Assembly (NCBI RefSeq): GCF_009914755.1
Contig: NC_060943.1
Direction: 5' to 3' (one strand)
Length of the DNA stretch: 64,000 nt
From: the human T2T-CHM13v2.0 reference genome, Homo sapiens
The translations under genes and the position numbers were made by a program. Shown here piece after piece: positions 1-15,575 of this stretch. How positions within the stretch are numbered: position 1 is the first letter of the stretch; the number at the start of each line of letters is the position of its first letter. The notes beneath the pieces are model-generated. The model worked only from the letters and a program-made list of their open reading frames with translations. It was not told where the DNA came from and made no database searches.

Positions 1-287
1 CTACTCCTATCGCCGACATCCAGCAGGGCATCTCCAAGTATCTGGATGCCCTGAACGTCTTCTGCCGTGCCAGTACTTTCCTCACAGATCTCTTCAGCAC
101 TGTGTTCAGGAACTCTCACTACTCAAAGGCAGCCACACAGCTCAAAGATGTGCAGGAGCATGTCATGGAAGCAGCCAGTCGGCTGACCTCGGCCATAAAG
201 CCTGAGATCGCCAAGATGCTAATGGAACTTAGTGCTGGGGCTGCAAATTTTACGGATCAGAAGGAATTCAGTCTCCAGGACATTGAG
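1..287 (+). CDS. GARRE1: GARRE1 coding exon (first in window, probably exon 2; 5' part outside window): TPIADIQQG...SLQDIE
   Basis: Open frame from position 3; donor GAG|GTAGAG at 287/288, phase 0; continues in frame into 19218. Confidence 0.95.
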
Positions 288-477
288 GTAGAGTATCTTT
301 TGTGTCATACTTGTGTAGGAAAATATACTACAAAGGTAAGTGAGAATATTGTCTTAAGTTTTTTTCCAAATCACTGTAATAGTAGCCTTTGTCCTCTTGC
401 TGTTGGTACTCTGTCTTTGTAAAAAATGTGTGCGTGCCAGGTTCTGAATTGCTTTCATATCAAATTCAGTAGGTTAA

Positions 478-850
478 GGGTAGGTGTGGTGGCTGTAACC
501 CCAGCACTTTGGGAGGCCAAGGCGGGAAGATCGCTTGAGCTCAGGAGTTTGAGGCATCATAGTGAGACCTTGTCTCTACAAAAACTAAAAAAATTAATTA
601 GCTGGGTGTGGTGGTGTGCACCTGTTGGATAGATTTTAAAAATTACTTTTAGCTGTTCAGAGAGTTAATCTGGCATTAGTTTTTCCATCCTTCTACATCC
701 AGAAGCCCTGACTACTCCAGAAGCCCAGAAGCTGAGGTGGGAGGATCGCTTGAGCCCAGGAGTTTGAGGCTGCAGTGAGCCGTGATTGCACTGCTGTACT
801 CCAGCCTGGACGGCAGAGTGAGACCATGTCTCAAAAAAAAAAAAAAAAGA
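478..850 (+). mobile_element. AluJ-like element interrupted by a 79-bp templated insertion
   Basis: Alu arms with gaggatcgcttgagcccagg (J-type) and A-tail; non-Alu sequence at 624-702. Confidence 0.85.
624..702 (+). repeat. 79-bp direct repeat, copy inside the Alu (partner 2503-2581)
   Basis: 77/79 identical by manual alignment (mismatches 627/2506 and 673/2552). Confidence 0.95.
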
Positions 851-939
851 AAAATTATTAAACAAACCAGCCAATATTTTATATTGTTGTCTTTCAAATT
901 TTCAAGTCAGAACCTAATTTTCAAATACCGTACTGGTAA

Positions 940-1962
<1,023 letters not shown>

Positions 1963-2047
1963 TAATTTTTCCAATTCTAAATTCACAGTTGCTAATATTC
2001 AGATGTATTTGAGTCTTCTTCAGTACATTTCTTGGGGTCTTTGATAG

Positions 2048-2355
2048 TTTTTTTTTTTTTTTTTTTTTTTTAAAAGACAGAGTCTCTCTCTGTCGCCCAA
2101 GCTGAAGTGCAATGGCACTATCTCGGCTCACTGCAACCTCTGCCTCCTGGGTTCTAGCAGTTCTCCTGCCTCAGCCTCCTGAGTAGCTGGGACTACAGGC
2201 TCACGCAGCCATACCCAGCTAATTTTTTGTATTTTAGTAGAGATGGGTTTTCACCGTGTTGCCCAGGCTGGTGTCAAACTCCTGAGCTTAGGCAATCCAC
2301 CCACCTCATCCTTCCAAAGTGCTAGGATTACAGGTGTGAGCCACCACACCCAGCC
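2048..2355 (-). mobile_element. Alu with TSD tctttgatagtt
   Basis: Antisense Alu; TSD on both sides. Confidence 0.9.
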
Positions 2356-2502
2356 TCTTTGATAGTTAAAATGAAATATTATTCTTTTAGGGCTCTAGAT
2401 GACAATGTAAGATTAGAATACAAGTTTCATTCAAAGTAAAGATGACCTTTTTTCTTGTCTTATTTTAGGAAATGATTTATTCAACTTTGATCTCTTATAT
2501 TC

Positions 2503-2581
2503 GTTTGATAGATTTTAAAAATTACTTTTAGCTGTTCAGAGAGTTAATCTGACATTAGTTTTTCCATCCTTCTACATCCAG
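2503..2581 (+). repeat. 79-bp direct repeat, presumed donor copy (partner 624-702)
   Basis: Same alignment; this copy sits in unique intronic context. Confidence 0.95.
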
Positions 2582-2842
2582 GTGAAGTTCTTGGATATGA
2601 GATCCTAGGAAGGAGAATGTTCCTTACCCCATCCTGGGGTTAAGATCACCAGTCTTTTGGGTCGGATCTGATTATTTAGGTGCCTGAATAAGCTAACTAA
2701 CACTGCTTTGGGTTAACCAAAAAAAGAACTTGACTTTTAAGTAACACAACTAATTTTTACTGTGTTTAAAAGTGATTTTGAAGGAATTTCCAAGAAGAAC
2801 TTAGAGTTATTTCTTAAGAGACACAGCATCATTGGTATAAAT

Positions 2843-3345
<503 letters not shown>

Positions 3346-3407
3346 GGTATAAGTGTATAGTCACTTCCTTGGGTCAGGGTCATTCTACTTTGGATCTATC
3401 TTTGTAA

Positions 3408-4410
<1,003 letters not shown>

Positions 4411-6099
4411 TAATTTTGTTTAAAAATTCAACACATAAAAAAGCATGCCTTTACTTCTCAAAAGAAACGTAAGCAGTGAAACTTCTACTTTCCTTTAGCA
4501 CCTCATTCCTTTCCCCAGAAGTGACCATTAGTAACTGGTTGTTGTATGCCATTCCAGACTACCGTCTGTACATGCATGGATATGTACAGATGTGTGCAGC
4601 TTTGACTTTTACATAAAGAACCACGTTGTTCATCCACCATTGTGCCTGGTCACTGCTTGATAGAGATATGGCAAGACAATAGTTAGGAACACTTTGTCCT
4701 CTCCTAGAAAGTGTTGAACAATCTTAGACTCTGACAGCTGTCACCCCATGATGACATAGCGCTCTTAGCTTTATTCAGGACTTCAGGCAAGAGTGGTTTG
4801 AAATATAAGGCCAAAGGCTTTTATTTTAACCTGAGCATTACTGAGCTCTTCTTCAGGACATGCTTGCAGGTATTGGAGGAAACAGAGCTTGACCTGCAGG
4901 GCCCTTTGCTTTCCAACCCTGGAGGGCAAGTGCGCCTGTTGCCCAGGGCAGGACAATTAGAGAAGATAACCAGCTGTGAGCAGTAGGGGCTTGGTAAGCC
5001 GCTGGGGCACAGCAGTACCTGCTTTGTTTCTTCTGCTTTCCTGGGACTGGCATTGACCACTGAAGCTGAGAACGGGAAATACTTATTGTTGTAGTTTGGA
5101 ATTTTGACTTGGCTTTCCACATTGAAATGCTGATTAGATAGTTGGAATACTACCATGTTTTTTTGTACATAATGGGCTGAACAGGCTTTCCCAGACGAGT
5201 CTGGAAACTAAGTAGTTGGTGGGTTTTCCAATTTATGCGTCTATTCTGAGTTTCAAACAGCTGACTTACAAGTGAATTTCTAAATGTGATTGCCAAGCAT
5301 AGGCCCGCAGACTTCACGTTTCACTTTTTCCCCAGAGCAATATTTGTTGTTTCTGGAATTTATGTACTGCCAGGGGATTTAGCCATAGGCCAATAAGGGT
5401 CTCTCTCAGAATTTTCAGCAACTCAGATGAAATGGCTAGGCATTTGGATTTTTTCCTTTTGGTTTTTTAAGGATTTTTATAAGCAAGGCCCTGAGAGTCA
5501 CTTTGACATTCATCCCTGGGGAAAGAGGTCTGTGGCCTAACATTGCCAGGCAAGGCCTCTACTCAGGAGCTCAGTCCAGGACTGTGGGTGAGAAAAGCTC
5601 TGGATTCGAGAGTATTCAAATATTTGACCATTTAAGAGTTAGGACAAAGGATGATCCTGTCCCCTTGCCATGTGGCCAGTGCATGTGTGCAGTGTTCCCA
5701 GGTGCTTCTGACTTACAGCCAAGTTTGGGCTGTGGTTATTGATTGACAGATACTGATGCCTTTGTCCAGGAATGGTGGTTGCTGACTGTGTGCTCTGCCA
5801 CCCTGCCTTGGAACCAGCAGGGCATATGTGAGTCCTGTCCAGTCTATACTCACCAGTGACTTTGCCCCTTAGCCCGAGTGGTTCACCCTCACAGTCTCTC
5901 TGTTAGAGAAGTGAGTTGTGACTATGGGGTTTCACTAGCTGACTAGTGCCTGTGACACTGGTACATCAGCCTAGGAAGTCAGTTACTGGGCACAGAGTCA
6001 GAAGACCTGGGTTTGGAAGGTGACATCTATCACTTAAATAAAATTACTTTTTCAGTGGAAGTGTACATAAATAAAAGAATCAAAGTGACTTGTGATTTG

Positions 6100-6460
6100 T
6101 GCATTCATTCCACAGATATTTATTGTATGCCTTGTTTCTGCCTGATACTACTCCAGCATGTCGATTGCAGTAGTGAACATGACAGAAATCTCTCCCTTCA
6201 TGTAGCTAGAAGGGAGTTTCGATCTTAGAGAAGGTAGTTAGAAAAGGTACCACTGAGAAGGTGACATTCGAGTAAAGGCCTGAAAGGGATGAGAGAGCAA
6301 GCCTGTTGGCCCAGAAAAGAGGATTCCAGGCGGAGGGAGCGCCGAGCACAGAGTCCCAGAGGCAGGAGCCAGCCTGGAGTGTTGGAAGAGCAGGAAAGAA
6401 CCTGCTGTGGCTAAAACAGAGTGAATGGAAGGGAGAGAAGCAGGGGTGAGGTCAGAAGGG
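6100..6460 (-). mobile_element. L2 LINE 3' fragment
   Basis: cattcattc...atatttattg L2 tail and typical gaaggtgacatt...gaaag body. Confidence 0.6.
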
Positions 6461-6819
6461 TAAAGAGGGGCCACTCTGGTGTCTGTTCTGAGTAGCCAGG
6501 TAGGAGGCAAGGTGAGGTACACCTCTGAAGGGCAGGGGATGGGAGGGCAGCAGGCTGGGCCCTGCCATTCTTTTGTAGTGAGCAGCGATGCCACTTCTCC
6601 CCTTGCCTTCTTCATACTGGGTAGCTCCAGGGCTCTGGTTTTACGTTGGGTCCTCAGTGTTGAGAGGTGTTGGTCCTCTATGTAGGCAGTCCAGGAACCC
6701 AGGGCAGCCATGGGGCTCCCAGGAGTTGTATGTCTCTAAGGAGACTGTATTTTATAAATTCCAGCATTTTTATTGACTTTTCAAGTATTTACCATCTTGT
6801 GAATAAGCAGCCAGACTTA

Positions 6820-7138
6820 TATGTATATATACGTATTATATATATATATGCCAGACATATATATAAAATATGTATTTTTTATATATGTATGTATATATAT
6901 ACACATACGCACACACATACATATATATACTTATATATACATATATACTTATATATACATACTTATATATACATATATACTTATATATACATATATACTT
7001 ATATATACATATATACTTATATATATACTATATATACATATATACTTATATATACTATATATACATATATAGTATATATATACTATAAAATATATATACT
7101 ATAAAAAAAAATATATATATATATATATATTTTTTTTT
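6820..7138. repeat. (TA)n-rich microsatellite/minisatellite with an 18-bp unit ATATATACTTATATATAC
   Basis: Visible periodic repeat; source of the YI-rich spurious ORFs. Confidence 0.95.
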
Positions 7139-10100
7139 AGAGATTAGGCCTTGCCATATTGCCCAGGCTAGCCTCGAACTCTTGGGCTCAAGCAGTCCTC
7201 CAGCCTCAGCTTCCCGCGTATCTGAGACTGCGTAGCTGAGACTACAAGTATGTATCACTGGGCCTGGCTCTCAAATCTTTACACAGTTGCATCTTGGCTT
7301 TCAGTTTGACACAACAACAAATTTCTTTTGTATACTATGTGATTACCTGTGAATATGTTTGAAATAATTTATCTGTGAGTGCTGACTGACTCTTAATTAA
7401 GGACCTTAATTCAGGTATATTAACATTTATTTTGGATAGATATATACCAGAAATATTGTAGAGTAACAATAATGGAAAATATTAGAAGCTGGTTTCAAAA
7501 ATACGATTTGCATTAACCTTAATGGAATTGAATGTGCATCCTGTTCCTTTTTTTTTTTTTTTTTTTTTTGCCCTAAAGGTAAAAGTAAGTGTTACTTGTT
7601 TTGACTGGTAGATCTTCTGTAACAGATTATGGAGTAAATATTTCCTAATGGTATGTGCCAGATGAAAGTTCATATTGCTGCTGCTAATCAGAAACTGAAG
7701 TTCACCTCATAAAAAGCTTGTATGAATCCAGTTTTGAAACTTGCTAATTTCAGGTCAGTGTTTTTGGCTTACTTTTTTGCTGAGGTGAATCTGCTATTAC
7801 CTAAATTGTCTTCAGACTTTAGCCTGTAGAGGAAGCTGTACTTAATTAAGCAGCTGGAATTTGGGTGATTCTGTAAATTTGCATTGTGGTCAACAAACAT
7901 GATTTACCATCTGTCTAGCCCATTCTACGTGGGTGGAAGCCACCAAGGCCATTGGGCATCTGTCACTGTGGAGGGACTGGACCCTTTGACTTTGATTTGT
8001 CAAGACAAGCATGTGCAACCAACTCATTATTCTGATAAATGCTAATTAAAAGGAGAAAAGTAAGGAAATAAGCAAATTTCCTGCTTTTCCAGTAGAAACT
8101 GTTTTTCATGGTAACCAAATAGCCCTAATGGATGAGAGAAAAATCTCCACTTTGCAGACTGTGATCAATTCGGTGACTCAACCAGTGGCCAACAGTGGAG
8201 GATGAAACCATTTGTTGGAAGGTTGCTGAGGAACCGCATTTGGGAGAATCAGGCCTTCCGCACCCAAATCTCATTGATCAGCCTTAGTGTCATGGAAATG
8301 GAGACAGGTCATCACGTCTCCTGATGTGCTGCAGCAAGAACCGCACAACACATCTAATATTAATAATATTCTACTTCTCCCTCTTTAAAAAAAAAAACAA
8401 ACCCTGAAATAATCTAATCAAGCTTCTAAAATGAATCCAGTCTACAGGAAATGTGGGGTGTAGTGACGCAAGTTATGCAATACCACAAGAAGGCAACCAG
8501 ACAAATTCACAATGTGGCATATCCTGTAATAAGTTGACCTGATTTGTTCAACAAGTCAGTAGCATTAAAAGAAATTACACAGAATGTACTGTTCTAGATT
8601 AAAAGAGTTAAGCAATATAACAACCAAATAAAATTACCTTTTTGGGGTTGAGGTTCAAACCAAATGTAAAACATAATTTTTAAAAGATAAGTTGGGAAGC
8701 TTGAACACATACTGAGTCTTGGTTGATTGGGATTTACTTCAAAAAAAGAAAAAAGATGGGGAAGGATAGATGGTAAAAGCATGGCAAAATGTTAATGGAA
8801 TTGAAACTTTTAATTTTTTTGTAGAGACAGGATCTTGCTGTGTTGCCCAGGCTGTGAGCCCAGGTCTCAAACTCCTGGGCTCAAGTGATCCTCCCACCTC
8901 AGCCTCCCACAACACGGGGATTATAGGCTTGAACCACTGTGCCTGGCCATAGGATTGAAGTGTTTTGATGGGTACATGGGGGCTTGTTATGTTCTGCTTT
9001 TATGTACGTTTGGACCTTTTCCAAGTTTGCAAAAAGTGAGAGAGAAATTCAGGAATGTATTAAAGACGTAATATATCAGAGTACCCAATAAATAACTCCA
9101 TTTCATGGAGGGCTTTTCGCATGTGAAGTGGTCTTCTAACAGAAAGGGGAGCGTTATTGAGTAGTTAGAAAACCCAAGGTGTAGGGATGAAGAGAAAAGC
9201 AGGTGTTCTTCAAAAAAAATGAAGAGAGTAAAAGTGAATCAAAGGAGAAAATGGGAACAGAGAAAAGACCGTCTCTGAAAGTGGGAGGCCAGCAGCAGGT
9301 GGGAGTCAAGGAAAGAATGAAATGTTGCTAATTTTGGGGACTAGTGATTGAATGGCAATGTTGCTGTCTTTTTAGAGAGTAGGATTTAAAATTTTGAGTT
9401 GCTGAAAAGGCTTGCGTGATGTGCTAGAAAAATTAGGTTTGGTGGGCAGATTAGAAGGAAACAAATAGGAGAGTTCATGGAATATAATTTCAGATAGAAC
9501 TGGCTTTCCTGAATTAATTTTTTGGTTCTAGTCAGCTTAGGAGATCTCACAGGATTGGATAATGGCCTGTTCTGGCAGCCTCCCTCCTCTTTACAAACCA
9601 GGAACCTGAGCACCCATAAAACAGCATTTGCCTGAAGTCCTTCTGAGGCCAGCCCATGTATGGGTTATGTGTCCTATGTGTCTGCTGCCTCCCCACTGCC
9701 TCGGGCCAGTGCAGTCTAGTGCAGAGGGGCTTGTTGGCAGAGGCCATCCCCCTGTGAGAACAGGCTGTCTTGCCCCTCTGCTAATGGTGAAATGTCCAGA
9801 GCCAGGAAATCAGAAATAGCGTGATGTAGAGGCACCCCTGAGCACCCTTGCTCGCACTAGGGCCCCTCCTGAGTAGGCCCAGCCACCTGGCCTGCCTTCC
9901 TCTTCTCCCAGCTGAGCCACCCACCCTCCTCGATAAATACACATGAGCTAGCTGCAAGCATTGCACAGATGACAAGGACAATAAAAGCACTCCAGGACTG
10001 GTAGGCCAGATAAATAAATAGACTGGCACTAGGTGTGATGAGTGCTGTGATGCAGATGGAAAATAGCCTGAAGTCTGTTGATTCGGCAAAACTTTCAACT

Positions 10101-10259
10101 GCTCCTCTCCCCGCACCCAGCTCACTGTGCCAGGGCCAGCCCTCATACCAGAACCTCCTACCTAACTGAGAGCGCATCTGAGCAGGGGCAGGGCAGAGAG
10201 CCCAGTAGGCCCTGGGGAGAGTGAGGAGATACTGGTAGTTGCCTCTGAATATCCAATCT

Positions 10260-11460
<1,201 letters not shown>

Positions 11461-11584
11461 TAAACCTGATTCTAATTAAGTGGAAGCAGGAAGACTAGTT
11501 AAGGGGCTATTAGAGCAGTCTAAATGAGGGATGATAGTAGTTTGGAATAGAAGGGTAGCAGAGGTGACTAGAAGTAGTTATGTG

Positions 11585-11950
11585 TATTTTTACTGTGGTA
11601 AAATATATGTAACATAAATTTTGCCATTTTAACCATTGTTAAGTGTTCAGTAGTATTAAGTACACTTACATTGTTGTGCAAGCATCACCATCATCCATCT
11701 CTAGAACTTTCTTATCTTCCCAAACTGAAACTCTGTACCTGCTCAACAATAACTCCTGGTTGCCCTCTCCTCCCAGCTCCTGGCAACGAACATTCTTTCT
11801 ACCTCTATAAATTTGACTACTCTAGGAACCTCGTATAAATGGAATCATAGAATATTTGTCCTTTTGTGACAAGTGTGTTTCACTTAGCATAATGTCTTTA
11901 AGGCTCATTCATGTTGTAGCTCGCATCAGAATTTCCTTCTTTTTAAAGGC
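11585..11950 (-). mobile_element. L1MB-like 3' end fragment
   Basis: tgtggtaaaatata...ttaagt...acattgttgtgcaa...catccatctc.agaac...cttcccaaactgaaactc signature. Confidence 0.75.
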
Positions 11951-11953
11951 TGT

Positions 11954-12307
<354 letters not shown>

Positions 12308-12329
12308 TTATGACATGCGCACCTGGGTC

Positions 12330-12870
12330 ACTCACTCCCTGGTAGTGCTATTTACTGAGATGGGGAGTAGTGGGGAAGAGTAAGTTCAGATAATAGGTCT
12401 GTGATGCCTATTAGATATCCCATGGGTGATTTCTACAGGATAGTTGCATACACAAATCTGGAGTTGAGGGTTGAGGTCCAGAACTTGGAGACCCTCAGTC
12501 AGTAGACAGATGTAAAGCTAGAGAACTGAAGGAGGTCATCAAGGAAGAGCGTAGCTGGAGAATGAGTAAACCCTGGGGCACTCCCACATTTACAGTCAGA
12601 AGATGAATAGGAAGCCGCCCAGGAGTCTGAAACTGGAACAGCTGGAGAGCTAGGAAGGAAATGAAGCAAGGGTGATGCTGCTGAGGGGAGGTGAGGCCTC
12701 CTCTCCACCCCATTCCAAGATTTGCCATGGTTACACCACTTGGAACACTGTGCAGATACAGCCGGCTGGGAGTGTCCCTGTCAGATGGGGATATTGGGAT
12801 CCCTGTCTCAGTGCGGCAACATGCGAGGCATCTAGTGCGACAGAGCGGCCTCACCCAAGTGATGTGTCAT
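12330..12870 (-). mobile_element. L2 fragment
   Basis: Degenerate L2-like sequence (tgtgatgcctattagatatcc...aaccctggggcactcccacattta). Confidence 0.5.
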
Positions 12871-13053
12871 GATGAGGATAATGTTCATGGAGACTGATTT
12901 CCATTTGCCAGTTCCCTGTTTGTCTTTGTAATCAGTTTATCAATAGTATTCTTGATGGAAGTGACAAATTTTAACAAAAAGTACACTCATGTGAACAAAA
13001 AGAATTTTCTGACCTCTGATGGGCTCTTGAGGCCATATATCAGGATAACTTAA

Positions 13054-13409
<356 letters not shown>

Positions 13410-14738
13410 AAAACTTGCATTTTGAATGGGAAAAATTACTCAAGAGTAATTAACGTGGACTCAGTTATCTTGAGTGGCCTTTCATTTTTTCCCTGGATGA
13501 TATTTTGTAATTATTATTATTAGGTATGCTAAGGTTTATAGCAGTGTAGCTGCTATAAATATAAATATAGAAATGTAAAACTTCCTGTGTGTATTGATAT
13601 GGTAACAGATTTTTAATATATTTTGGAAAGCAAACTATAAACACACAATCTACTTTTTGCAAAAAAAAATCTATAGGTACAAATATGGGCTGTTTAGGAA
13701 TCGTACAATCAATGGTTATACCTATTTAGGAATATTTAGAACTATTTGTATGTTTGTATAGCTAATCTTTTCCCCCCTGATTTATTGATGGTGAGTATTA
13801 CTGATACAAAAAGTTTTGTGCACCACAGTGCTTTGCCCATGAAATATGAGCTCAGAAACTGCCTGTGCTGTTATTTTCACCAGCAGTGAAGCAGCGTGTC
13901 CGGGGGCAGAATGTACTCTTGTCTGAATTATTAGCATTTGGTGTTGGTTCTGCCACCCTTGGGCCTGAGCTTGCTTTCTCCCTCGTTTGTTCTAAACATA
14001 GCATGGCACCTTTTGTATCCTGTAGGTTATTGCTGACTGCAAGGAGACTTTGTTGTTCTTTAGTTAGTTTTTTACATATTAGTTTCAGTAAGCCTGTTTC
14101 TTACATTTTTCTACTGTAGCATAATCTTTGTAAGTACTTTCTATAGCCCAGGCATGGTCTGCTGCATTCTCTGTGTCTCTGGGGATGCATTTAGGTCTTT
14201 GTGTCACATTCTGGTGTGTAGCTCATTATGTAATGACTCGAATGATCATCAGAACAAAAGATACCTCATTAAGAACAAGGTTGAGGACACTAGGAACCTA
14301 ATGTAACATTTAAGGTATAAATGAGTATTGAAGAGAAAGAAATGATTGAATGCTTTGGAATTTCTAATACAAGCACCCATCTTGTACCTACTTACACTGG
14401 ACTTTTAAAGTGATCGGAAATAAATGGTTGTATGAGAGTTTTACTTGTTCCTCATTCTAAAGGGATATGAAAAAGATGAACTTGAGTTCATGAAGTTGAG
14501 CAGAACAATGAACTTAGTGATAAATTATTTGTATTGATGTGAAAATCACACCATGTTTTGGGAAATGGGGTGGACTTGGGCACTCCATAGTTCCAACCAC
14601 ATGCAGGTATTATAGGCTGAGTCAGGCCTGAGCCTAGAAGAGGAATAACTGCAACTAAACTTTGAAATATTCCAGGAAAGCAGAGTTGACATGTAGGTTG
14701 ATCTGCAACAACTACAGTGGTATAGAAAGGGTGGTCTT

Positions 14739-15081
<343 letters not shown>

Positions 15082-15364
15082 TTAAAATCTGTTTTACAAT
15101 CTGAATAAAATATAAATATCATCAAAAAGAAAAGGTATTCTGGTTATGTACATGAATACAACATCCTTAGCAGCAGATGTTGTGTGTGTGCAAGGGAATA
15201 GGAAGGTAAAGATGCACCCTTCTCCTCCACCATCAAGGGTTGCTAGAAAACAGGCTCTCATTCAGTAGACCCCGATAGCTGTCTGTAATCCATAGCTCCT
15301 TCTCTGATTAGTATTTATCCACTATTGTGGCTTCATTCTGGATCTTGTCATAGGTAGAAAGAGT

Positions 15365-15575
15365 AGCCTGGTGGTTAGCAACACAGTTTTCGGAGTCAAA
15401 CAGACCTGGTGTCAGATCCCTACTTATTACCTGCTTGACATTGAGCAAGTTTCTTTATCTCTGTAAACTTCAGTGTTATCATCCGTAAAATGGGTGAATT
15501 GCTCACACCCCACAGGGATGGTTCACCAAACATAAGGTGCTTGGTATTTAAACACTCAATAAATGGTAGCTGTTG
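15365..15575 (+). mobile_element. MIR
   Basis: Core cagacctgg...gcaagtt.ctt.atctct...tcagt.tt.tcatc.gtaaaatggg. Confidence 0.7.

Noticed and set aside
6667-7258. Tyr/Ile-rich ORFs
   Set aside because: They are translations of the (TA)n minisatellite.
7480-8350. Repeat-free AT-rich stretch with TAAT motifs as a conserved enhancer
   Set aside because: The motifs are too short to support a call without conservation or chromatin data.
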